Source: Clostridia bacterium
GTDB lineage: Bacteria > Bacillota > Clostridia > Christensenellales > Pumilibacteraceae
Direction: 5' to 3'
Assembly (NCBI GenBank): GCA_022793815.1
Contig: JAAWDP010000011.1
Location: 89,457-153,456 of the forward strand
Length of the DNA stretch: 64,000 bases
In this document: in pieces, positions 28,925 to 36,579 of the stretch
Numbering within the stretch: the stretch's first letter is position 1
How the letters are laid out: every line of letters starts with the position of its first letter
The notes under the pieces: generated by a model
Told to the model about the DNA's origin: nothing
Database searches by the model: none
The model's input: only the letters and a program-made list of their open reading frames with translations
Position numbers and translations under genes: made by a program

Positions 28925-30373
28925 ATGTATTATATAGGCATTGACCTCGGCACAAGCTCCGTAAAGGGAATAATGACCGATTCGTCGGGCGCGGTTCTCC
29001 GCGAAACAAGCGCCGACTACGACGTACTCTATCCGCACGACGGTTGGAGCGAACAGCGCCCCGAGGACTGGCTCAAAGCGACCGAGCAGGTTCTCAAAAA
29101 GCTGTCCGACGGCGTGGCGGAAAAAATAGGCGGAATTTCGGTCGGCGGACAAATGCACGGACTTGTCATTTTGGACAAAGACGATAAAGTGATTCGCCCG
29201 TGCATACTTTGGAACGACGGCAGAACCGAAAAACAGACACGCTACCTTAACGGACAGATAGGCGAAGAAAAACTTTGCCGCCTTACCGCAAACATAGCGT
29301 ATGCGGGATTCACCGCGCCCAAACTGCTGTGGATAAAGGAAAACGAACCCGAAAATTTCGCGCGTATCGATAAGATAATGCTGCCGAAAGACTATCTGGT
29401 TTACATGCTTACGGGCAAGCACGTCACCGACTATTCGGACGCCTCGGGCACGCTGCTGCTCGACGTCGAACATAAACGCTGGTCGGATGAGATGTGCGAA
29501 CTCTGCGGCGTAGACAAACGTATGCTGCCCGAGCTTAAAGAAAGCTACGAAAAGGTCGGAAAAGTTCTCGGCAAATACTCGCTCGAAAACGCCGTTGTTG
29601 CGGCGGGCGCAGGCGATAACGCGGCGGCGGCTGTCGGCATGGGCGTCGTGCGCGACGGGGACTGCAACATAAGCCTCGGCACCAGCGGCACCGTGTTCAT
29701 AGCGCGCGACAAATTCACGCCCGTGAACGGCACGCTGCATTCGTTCGCACACGCGGACGGAAAGTGGCATCTTATGGGTTGCATACTTTCGGCGGCAAGC
29801 GCGAATAAGTGGTGGCTGGAAGACATACTCGGCACGGACGATTACAGCGGCGCCGTCAAAGGCGCGGAAAAAGTTCTCGGCGAAAACGACGTATTTTTCC
29901 TTCCGTATCTCATGGGCGAAAGAAGTCCGCACAACGACGTGCGCGCCCGCGGAGCTTTCATAGGCATGCGTCCCGACACGGATAGGTCCCGTATGTGCCT
30001 CGCAGTGCTGGAAGGCGTGGCGTTCGCTTTGCGCGACTGCGTGGAAATAGCGCGCAGCGGCGGAGCGGTAATCAAGCGCACCAATATTTGCGGCGGCGGA
30101 GCCAAGAGCGAACTTTGGAAAAAGATAATAGCCAATGTTCTCGACGTCGACGTCTATTGCGCAAAGACCGAAAAAGGTCCGGCGCTCGGCGGCGCGCTGC
30201 TTGCCATGGTTGCAAACGGCAAATATAAGGACATCGCCGAGGCGGCGGACAAAACCGTCAAATCCTATCTTGCGGTGCGTCCCGAAAAAGCCCTTGTCGA
30301 AAAATACGACGAGCGTTATGCCGTGTTCAAAAAACTCTATCCCGCGCTCAAACCCTGTTTCGGGATAATATAA
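28925..30373 (+). CDS. xylB: Xylulokinase
   Basis: FGGY-kinase motifs YIGIDLGTSSVKG and GGGAKSELW. It sits directly after xylA. Confidence 0.9.
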   Translation: MYYIGIDLGTSSVKGIMTDSSGAVLRETSADYDVLYPHDGWSEQRPEDWLKATEQVLKKLSDGVAEKIGGISVGGQMHGLVILDKDDKVIRPCILWNDGRTEKQTRYLNGQIGEEKLCRLTANIAYAGFTAPKLLWIKENEPENFARIDKIMLPKDYLVYMLTGKHVTDYSDASGTLLLDVEHKRWSDEMCELCGVDKRMLPELKESYEKVGKVLGKYSLENAVVAAGAGDNAAAAVGMGVVRDGDCNISLGTSGTVFIARDKFTPVNGTLHSFAHADGKWHLMGCILSAASANKWWLEDILGTDDYSGAVKGAEKVLGENDVFFLPYLMGERSPHNDVRARGAFIGMRPDTDRSRMCLAVLEGVAFALRDCVEIARSGGAVIKRTNICGGGAKSELWKKIIANVLDVDVYCAKTEKGPALGGALLAMVANGKYKDIAEAADKTVKSYLAVRPEKALVEKYDERYAVFKKLYPALKPCFGII

Positions 30374-30390
30374 CGGAAAAAACATCAAAA

Positions 30391-30425
30391 GCGGATGCGC
30401 CGTACTCGGCAGCGTCCGCTTTTTC
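30391..30425 (+). terminator. Intrinsic terminator after xylB
   Basis: An 8-bp stem GCGGATGC / GCGTCCGC with one G-U pair and a 13-nt loop, followed by TTTTTCCGTTTT. Confidence 0.6.
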
Positions 30426-30454
30426 CGTTTTCGGCGAAAAAGTCGGCGAATTGT

Positions 30455-30483
30455 TTGACTGACTTTGCATTATTTTTTATAAT
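30455..30483 (+). promoter_or_regulatory. Putative promoter of the MATE gene
   Basis: TTGACT (30455-30460), a 17-nt spacer, then TATAAT (30478-30483). Confidence 0.45.
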
Positions 30484-30528
30484 ATAATACGGCGGTTCGG
30501 CGACAAAGGATAACCGAATACGTAAGAC

Positions 30529-31905
30529 ATGCAAGACAGTGTTTCCGAAAAGATTGCAAAAAAACAGAATTCGCAGGACCTGACGAAAGGCAATCCTTTT
30601 GTCGTGCTTTTGAAATTTTCCCTGCCGCTCGTGCTCAGCATGGTGTTCCAGCAAATGTACAACATCGTGGACAGCGTAGTGGCAGGCAGATTTTTGGGAA
30701 AGAACGCTCTCGCGGCAGTCGGCGCATCGTCGCCCGTCACCGTTATTTTCATAGCCGTGGCGTCGGGCTGCTCGATAGGCGGCAGCGTCATAATTTCCCA
30801 GCTTTTCGGGCGCAGAGAAAACGCCCGTCTTAAATCCGCAGTATACACCGTGCTGATAGCGGTCGCCGCGCTGTCGGCGGTTTTCACCGCAGCGGGGCTT
30901 TTGAGCGTGAAACCTCTTTTGCGTCTGCTTTCGACTCCGTCTGAAATAGAAGCCGACTCGGCGGCATACCTCGCCGTATATGTGTGGGGAGTGCCTGCCA
31001 TGTTCGTATACAACGCCGTAACTTCGGCATTCACGGGACTCGGCGATTCGCGTACTCCGCTGTATCTGCTGGTGTTTTCTTCGCTGCTGAATATAGCGCT
31101 CGACATACTGTTTGTCACCGCAGTGAACATGGGCGTCGCCGGACTGGGGTGGGCGACGTTCATCGCGCAGGGACTCGCGGCTCTCATTGCGCTGATGCTG
31201 CTGCTTTTAAAAACGCGAAAGATAGAAGCGGACGGCGCGGTAAAACCGTTCGACTTCACGCTTCTCAAAAAAATAACCGTGGTGGCTGTTCCCAGCATAT
31301 TGCAGCAATCGTTCGTTTCCGTCGGTCAGATGTGCGTGCAGTCGCTGATAAACGGTTTCGGCGCGGACACGATAGGCGGTTATGCCGCGGCAATGAAAGT
31401 CAGCGTCATGGCGGTTTCGTGCTACATGACTGTGTCAAGCGCGCTTTCCTCGTTTGCGGGGCAGAATATAGCCGCAGGCAAAAGCGACCGCGTAAAATCC
31501 GGACTTTTGTGCGGACTCGGTATAGGCGCGGTTCTCGTTGCGGCGTTCGTCACGCTGTTTATGACTCTCGGCGGAACGCTGACTTCGCTGTTTGTAGTCG
31601 GCGACGATATAGACGGGGTAATAGCCGCAGGCAAAACATTTCTCTTCGTTGCCTGCACGGGCTATCCTCTCGTAATGGTAAAACTGTGCTTGGACGGGAT
31701 TTTGCGCGGCGCGGGCGATATGCTTTCGTTTATGATAAGCACGTTTTCCGACCTCGTTCTGCGCGTCGTTATTTCCTTCGTGCTCGCTCCGTATCTCGGG
31801 TTTATGGGTATATGTCTGTCCTATCCGATAGGCTGGCTCGGCGGCATGATTGTTTCGTTGGCATTTTACCTGTGCGGCAGATGGAAAAACAAACTGAAAG
31901 TCTGA
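30529..31905 (+). CDS. MATE-family efflux transporter
   Basis: A 12-TM-like profile. The N-terminus DLTKGNPFVVLLKFSLPLVLSMVFQQMYNIVDSVVAGRFLG is characteristic of MatE repeats. Confidence 0.85.
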   Translation: MQDSVSEKIAKKQNSQDLTKGNPFVVLLKFSLPLVLSMVFQQMYNIVDSVVAGRFLGKNALAAVGASSPVTVIFIAVASGCSIGGSVIISQLFGRRENARLKSAVYTVLIAVAALSAVFTAAGLLSVKPLLRLLSTPSEIEADSAAYLAVYVWGVPAMFVYNAVTSAFTGLGDSRTPLYLLVFSSLLNIALDILFVTAVNMGVAGLGWATFIAQGLAALIALMLLLLKTRKIEADGAVKPFDFTLLKKITVVAVPSILQQSFVSVGQMCVQSLINGFGADTIGGYAAAMKVSVMAVSCYMTVSSALSSFAGQNIAAGKSDRVKSGLLCGLGIGAVLVAAFVTLFMTLGGTLTSLFVVGDDIDGVIAAGKTFLFVACTGYPLVMVKLCLDGILRGAGDMLSFMISTFSDLVLRVVISFVLAPYLGFMGICLSYPIGWLGGMIVSLAFYLCGRWKNKLKV

Positions 31906-32129
31906 CGCCCGTTTTTTTGTGTATTAAAACCGAATTTTTTATAAATTTTCTCTGCGTTTTCGCATATTTGTTCTAAACGCCGTATTGCGTCAATATAATA
32001 GCGTATAAATATTGCCTTAAAGCGGACGAAAAGCCGTTGATTCACAATCGGCTTTTGACAAAATTCGACTCTTTTTTTTAAAAAACGCCGTAATTTTCCG
32101 CCGCGCAAAAGGTATAATGGGAGAGTAGT

Positions 32130-32903
32130 TTGATGAAGTTCGTTCTTCTTCGTAAAGCGACGCTGTTGAAAATTATTGCGACGGCAATCGGCGTTATCGC
32201 CCTTGTTGCGGTAGTTGCGGTAAGCGGCAGCGCGTCCGTGTTCGTCGGCAAGACCGTGCGCAGACTTCCGATATATTGTGTCGGAACCGAGGAAAAATCC
32301 GTTGCGATTTCCTTCGACGCGGCATGGGGTGCGGATAAAACCGAAAAGATACTTTCCACGCTCGAAACTTTCGACGTAAAGGCAAATTTCTTTGTCGTCG
32401 GATTCTGGGCGGAGAAATATCCCGAAATGCTCAAAAAGCTTGCCGACAGCGGAAGAATAGAAATAGGCACGCATTCCAACACACATCCGCACATGCCGAA
32501 ACTTACGCGCTCGCAAATGCAGTTGGAACTGACGAACTCGTGTAACATAATAGAAAGTGTTACGGGCAAGCGCCCCGAACTGTTCCGACCGCCGTTCGGA
32601 GATTACAACGACAGCCTTATAGACGTCTGCGACGAAATGAAACTCTATCCCATTCAATGGGATGTCGACAGTCTGGACTGGAAAGGACTCAAAGCCGAAG
32701 AAATGGCGACAAGGGTGCTGTCGCAGGTCAAGAGCGGAAGCATAGTATTGATGCACAACGACGGCGAACATACGGTAGAAGCTTTGCCGCTTATAATCGA
32801 GGGACTCAAAGCAAAGGGTTACACGATAAAGACGATAGGCGAACTGATATACCGCGAGGGTTACACCGTAGACCATACGGGCAAGCAGATACTCTCGGCA
32901 TAA
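32130..32903 (+). CDS. Polysaccharide deacetylase (NodB homology domain, PdaB-like), membrane anchored
   Basis: An N-terminal TM helix and NodB motifs: ISFDAAWG, ANFFVVGFW, GTHSNTHPHM, RPPFGDYN and LMHN. Confidence 0.8.
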   Translation: MMKFVLLRKATLLKIIATAIGVIALVAVVAVSGSASVFVGKTVRRLPIYCVGTEEKSVAISFDAAWGADKTEKILSTLETFDVKANFFVVGFWAEKYPEMLKKLADSGRIEIGTHSNTHPHMPKLTRSQMQLELTNSCNIIESVTGKRPELFRPPFGDYNDSLIDVCDEMKLYPIQWDVDSLDWKGLKAEEMATRVLSQVKSGSIVLMHNDGEHTVEALPLIIEGLKAKGYTIKTIGELIYREGYTVDHTGKQILSA

Positions 32904-32941
32904 ACACATCAAAGAATTTTTTTAAGTACGGAGGCTATAAA

Positions 32942-33655
32942 ATGACCGAAGAAACCAACTACACGCCGAATAACAAAGTCCGCCTTTGCGGATACGTCGA
33001 CAGCGAGCCGAAATTTTCACACGAACTTTACGGCGAAGGCTTTTACGAATTCATACTTCGGGTGCCGCGCCTCAGCGAGCAGTCGGATAAAATACCCGTC
33101 ACCGTTTCCGAACGGCTTATGAACGGGGTGGACTTTGCCGTCGGCAGCCGTCTTGCCGTCAACGGTCAGTTCAGAAGCTATAACAAACTCGACGGCGGAA
33201 GAAGCAAACTCATGCTCACCGTGTTCGTGCGCGATTTCTTCGAGTGTCCCGAGGGCGAAAACCCCAACGAAGTGGAACTCATGGGCTACGTCTGCAAGCC
33301 GCCCGTATACCGCACCACGCCGTTCAACAGAGAGATTTGCGACCTGCTCGTGGCTGTCAACCGCGCGTATAACAAGTCCGATTACATCCCGTGTATCGCG
33401 TGGGGCAGAAACGCGCGCTTCGTGCGCGATATAGAGGTGGGCAGAAAACTCACCATAAGCGGACGTATCCAAAGCCGCGAATACACCAAAAAGCTGTCCG
33501 ACGACGAGTCCGAGGTCCGCACGGCTTACGAACTTTCCGTCAGCAAGATAGTCGCCGAGGAGCACTCGCTGAAAGATTCGGCGGCAGTCGGACAAGACGC
33601 CCGCGCCGAGGAAGTTTCCGCCGCAGAAGACACGGGCGTCGATAAAGCGCTTTGA
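32942..33655 (+). CDS. SSB-like protein with two tandem OB folds
   Basis: ACGGAGG lies 8 nt before ATG 32942. There are two related OB-type segments: NKVRLCGYVDSEPKF...LAVNGQFRSY and VELMGYVCKPPVY...LTISGRIQSREY. The tail is acidic but has no canonical DDDIPF tip. The longer ORF from 32657 overlaps the deacetylase gene and is rejected. Confidence 0.6.
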   Translation: MTEETNYTPNNKVRLCGYVDSEPKFSHELYGEGFYEFILRVPRLSEQSDKIPVTVSERLMNGVDFAVGSRLAVNGQFRSYNKLDGGRSKLMLTVFVRDFFECPEGENPNEVELMGYVCKPPVYRTTPFNREICDLLVAVNRAYNKSDYIPCIAWGRNARFVRDIEVGRKLTISGRIQSREYTKKLSDDESEVRTAYELSVSKIVAEEHSLKDSAAVGQDARAEEVSAAEDTGVDKAL

Positions 33656-33731
33656 TTTTCAAAACTCGTAATGTGTAATCAACGGTCGCGTTTCGACCTC
33701 ATATTTCAATATCATTCATAAAGACAGCCGA

Positions 33732-33770
33732 CGGAATCTCTGCCTTATAAGCAAAAGAGATTCCGTTTTG
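33732..33770 (+). terminator. Intrinsic terminator after the SSB-like gene
   Basis: A 10-bp perfect stem CGGAATCTCT / AGAGATTCCG followed by TTTTGCTTGCTTTTT. Confidence 0.7.
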
Positions 33771-33853
33771 CTTGCTTTTTCGTGCGAACAATGATATAAT
33801 AAAAATATATTATTTTTACATGTTTATAATGAAAACAACACAGAGGAAATTGT

Positions 33854-35665
33854 ATGAAAAAGGCGTTGATTAGTGTATTTTTGATTTTGTCAAGCTTTAT
33901 TTGCCTTATAGCCGCAGCGGCTTGCGGCAGCAAAACTCCCGATACGCCGACACATACGCATAATTACGCTTGGGTGGATAACGGCGACGGCACGCACAAA
34001 AAGCATTGCTCGGGTATCGGGTGCGATAACCCCGATATCGAGATAGGATATCACGTTTACGGCAATGGCGTTTGCGTGTGCGGCAATAAATACGAGTATA
34101 AAATCGAACTTGCGTATACATATCACAGCGACGGCGGCGGTTATTACGAAGTCACGGGTATCGGCACGGTTACCGACACCGATATTACGATACCGTCGGT
34201 TTATAACGGAAAACCCGTAACGAGTATCGCCGGATATGCGTTCCTCGGTTGCGTAAATTTAATCGGCGTAACAATAGAGAGCGGCGTTGAAAGCATCGGA
34301 TTCGGCGCTTTCGACGGTTGCAGCGGACTGACGAGTATCGAAATCCCGAACAGCGTAACAAATATAGGGGAGAATGCGTTTCGCTATTGCGATAACATAA
34401 CATCGGCGACGTTGCCTTCGACGGCAATATCATATATTACCAAATCGAAATTGCGTACGGTGATAATAAACGGAGGAGAGCATATTGAAAACAGCGCATT
34501 CGAGGAATGTGAGAGTTTAACGAGCGTAGAGATAGGAAACAGCATAACGCGCATCGGGAGTCATGCGTTTTGGCGTTGCGGCGGTTTAACGGACGTGACG
34601 ATAGGAAGCGGCGTTACAAGTATCGGGATTCAGGCGTTTTCGGATTGCATCGGCTTAACGGACATAAAGATACCGAGCAGCGTGACGCGTATAGAAAACA
34701 GCGCATTCGCGCTTTCCGACAATCTGATACAGACCGAAAACGGCGTGCAATATGTCGATAACTGGGCGATAAGATGCGATACTTCGCTTTCGTCTGCGAC
34801 GTTGCGCTCCGATACGGTTGGATTGGCGGATTATACGTTTTTACGTTGCGCCGGTTTAACGGATATAGAACTCCCCGGCGGCTTAAAGTATATAGGCGAC
34901 AGTGTATTTTCGGAGTGTAAAGGCTTGACAAGCGTAAAAATCCCGAACAGTGTGACGAGTATCGGGAGTGAGGCGTTCTCTAATTGCGGCAAACTACCGA
35001 GCATAGATATTCCGAATAGCGTAACGAGTATCGGAAACGGCGCATTTATTGATTGCGTCGGGCTTACAAGTATAGATATTCCGACGGGATTAACGAATAT
35101 AGCGGACAGCTTATTCGAAAATTGCCTCGGTTTAACGAGTATCGAAATACCGAGCGGCGTGATAAGTATAGGTAGCCGTGCATTTACGGGATGCGGAAAA
35201 TTAACCAATGTGGTTTTGCCCGACACGGTAACGAATATCGGAAAAATTGCGTTCGCACATTGCGGTCTCGCAAATATAGAGCTGCCCGGCAGCGTAACGA
35301 GCATAGGCAAGAGCGCCTTCTATTATTGCGACAAATTAGAGAAGATAGAGCTGCCGATAGGGATAACGCGTATCGAAGAATCCGTATTCGAAGATTGTGG
35401 AAGCCTAAGAACCGTTAAGCTGCCCGGGGTGACAAGTATCGGGCGTAATGCATTCGCCGATTGCAACCGTTTGAATTTCGTATATTTGCCGAGCAAAGTA
35501 ACGCTTATCGAGGCATATTCATTTTACGGGTGCAAAAGTTTGAATAAGATATATTTCGACGGCAGTGTCGAGCAATGGAACGCCGTCCAAAAAGAAGATT
35601 CTTGGGATAAATATGCGTCCAAGTGGTACACTGTTTGCTGCACAGACGGAAATATCGAAAAATAA
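33854..35665 (+). CDS. BspA-type leucine-rich-repeat lipoprotein (long paralogue)
   Basis: Lipobox IAAAAC and a Cys/His-rich N-terminal segment. About 18 units of roughly 23 aa follow (IPNSVTSIGxxAFxxCxxLTSI). The C-terminal EQWNAVQKED...YTVCCTDGNIEK is shared with the 13258 gene. An extended -10 TGaTATAAT lies at 33792-33800. Confidence 0.8.
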   Translation: MKKALISVFLILSSFICLIAAAACGSKTPDTPTHTHNYAWVDNGDGTHKKHCSGIGCDNPDIEIGYHVYGNGVCVCGNKYEYKIELAYTYHSDGGGYYEVTGIGTVTDTDITIPSVYNGKPVTSIAGYAFLGCVNLIGVTIESGVESIGFGAFDGCSGLTSIEIPNSVTNIGENAFRYCDNITSATLPSTAISYITKSKLRTVIINGGEHIENSAFEECESLTSVEIGNSITRIGSHAFWRCGGLTDVTIGSGVTSIGIQAFSDCIGLTDIKIPSSVTRIENSAFALSDNLIQTENGVQYVDNWAIRCDTSLSSATLRSDTVGLADYTFLRCAGLTDIELPGGLKYIGDSVFSECKGLTSVKIPNSVTSIGSEAFSNCGKLPSIDIPNSVTSIGNGAFIDCVGLTSIDIPTGLTNIADSLFENCLGLTSIEIPSGVISIGSRAFTGCGKLTNVVLPDTVTNIGKIAFAHCGLANIELPGSVTSIGKSAFYYCDKLEKIELPIGITRIEESVFEDCGSLRTVKLPGVTSIGRNAFADCNRLNFVYLPSKVTLIEAYSFYGCKSLNKIYFDGSVEQWNAVQKEDSWDKYASKWYTVCCTDGNIEK

Positions 35666-35707
35666 GTCGGGCGCTTTCTTTCCGCTTTTCGACGAAAACC
35701 GTTACGC

Positions 35708-35833
35708 TGCTATAAAATGACCGAAGAAACCAACTACACGCCGAATAACAAAGTCAGCCTTGGCGGATATGTCGACAGCGAGCAGAATTTTTCACATGAA
35801 CTTTCCGTCAGCAAGACAGTCGCCATCGGCAAT
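35708..35833 (+). pseudogene. Internally deleted remnant of the SSB-like gene (5' end joined to the 3' end)
   Basis: 35708-35754 is identical to 32934-32980 (GCTATAAAATGACCGAAGAAACCAACTACACGCCGAATAACAAAGTC). The next roughly 60 nt are about 90 percent identical by eye. After GAACTTT the sequence switches to match 33530-33556 (TCCGTCAGCAAGAtAGTCGCC). The resulting 61-codon ORF 35717..35902 lacks both OB folds. Confidence 0.8.
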
Positions 35834-35851
35834 TCTATATTAAACGTCAAG

Positions 35852-35880
35852 AACAAACCCTCGGGTTTGTTCTTTTATTA
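35852..35880 (+). terminator. Intrinsic terminator after the remnant
   Basis: Stem AACAAACC / GGTTTGTT with a 4-nt loop, followed by CTTTTATT. Confidence 0.55.
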
Positions 35881-35898
35881 TACGCACATCCGAATCTA

Positions 35899-35927
35899 TT
35901 GACATATTACATGTTATCGTATAGAAT
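35899..35927 (+). promoter_or_regulatory. Putative promoter of the 171-aa gene
   Basis: TTGACA (35899-35904), a 17-nt spacer, then TAGAAT (35922-35927). Confidence 0.55.
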
Positions 35928-35951
35928 AGGTACATAAGAAGAGAATAAACC

Positions 35952-36467
35952 ATGAAAAAAAGTATCGAAAATCCCAAAGCTATTGTGAAAATAAGCGGCA
36001 TCATTATATCCGCGCTTGTAGTTGCGTTCATCGTATACGTTTTTGTTCTGCTTTTTATTCCGTCCGAGAAGTATACCGTCGCGCAAATATTAAACGAAAC
36101 TTACGGTACCGAGATATTCGAGGAATGGGAAACTATCTATAAAAATACGGAGAGCGCGAAAGGTTTTCATCATGACGGAACGGCGTATTATGTGTTCGAT
36201 ACCGACGGGCGTAATGAAAAGTTTCTGTCCGATTTCGTATGCGAACGTGACGAAGCGTTCGAAAAAACTTTCCGCGAAGAAATGAAAAATATCGTATTCT
36301 CCGACGCGCGTTTTATTCCTTCGTTTGCCGAACCATACGAGTGGCGCAAAATCCTGCTTGAAAAAACGAGGGATGACTGCGCTTTGGACTCATGTTATGC
36401 AAAGCGCCTTTACATGCTTTTCAACCCGTCGCAGAACTATCTCTATGTAATGGATATCAGGTTATAA
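35952..36467 (+). CDS. Hypothetical membrane-anchored protein
   Basis: A single N-terminal TM helix (ISGIIISALVVAFIVYVFVLLFI) followed by a soluble domain with no motif I recognise. It lies in an A+T-rich stretch and has its own promoter and terminator. Confidence 0.55.
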   Translation: MKKSIENPKAIVKISGIIISALVVAFIVYVFVLLFIPSEKYTVAQILNETYGTEIFEEWETIYKNTESAKGFHHDGTAYYVFDTDGRNEKFLSDFVCERDEAFEKTFREEMKNIVFSDARFIPSFAEPYEWRKILLEKTRDDCALDSCYAKRLYMLFNPSQNYLYVMDIRL

Positions 36468-36527
36468 TGCAATTATCCAAACATATTGCAGAGTCATTAC
36501 CGCTTTTGGCTCAAATCTCAACCGACA

Positions 36528-36556
36528 AAAAGCCGCTCATTTTCAGAGCGGCTTTT
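36528..36556. terminator. Bidirectional intrinsic terminator between convergent genes
   Basis: An 11-bp perfect stem AAAAGCCGCTC / GAGCGGCTTTT with a 7-nt loop. The A and T runs are built into the stem ends. Confidence 0.75.
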
Positions 36557-36579
36557 AATTTCTCTCGAATAATCCGTTT

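Noticed and set aside
25999-30373. The xylose cluster (AraC, GH43, xylA, xylB) as a possible novel catabolic system
   Set aside because: All components are standard and well characterised. Only the absence of a transporter in the cluster is mildly notable.
32657-32941. A 5' extension of the SSB-like ORF to 332 aa
   Set aside because: The extension overlaps the 3' end of the polysaccharide deacetylase gene in another frame and is Arg-rich. A strong SD (ACGGAGG) precedes ATG 32942, and the duplicated remnant at 35717 starts at the same ATG.
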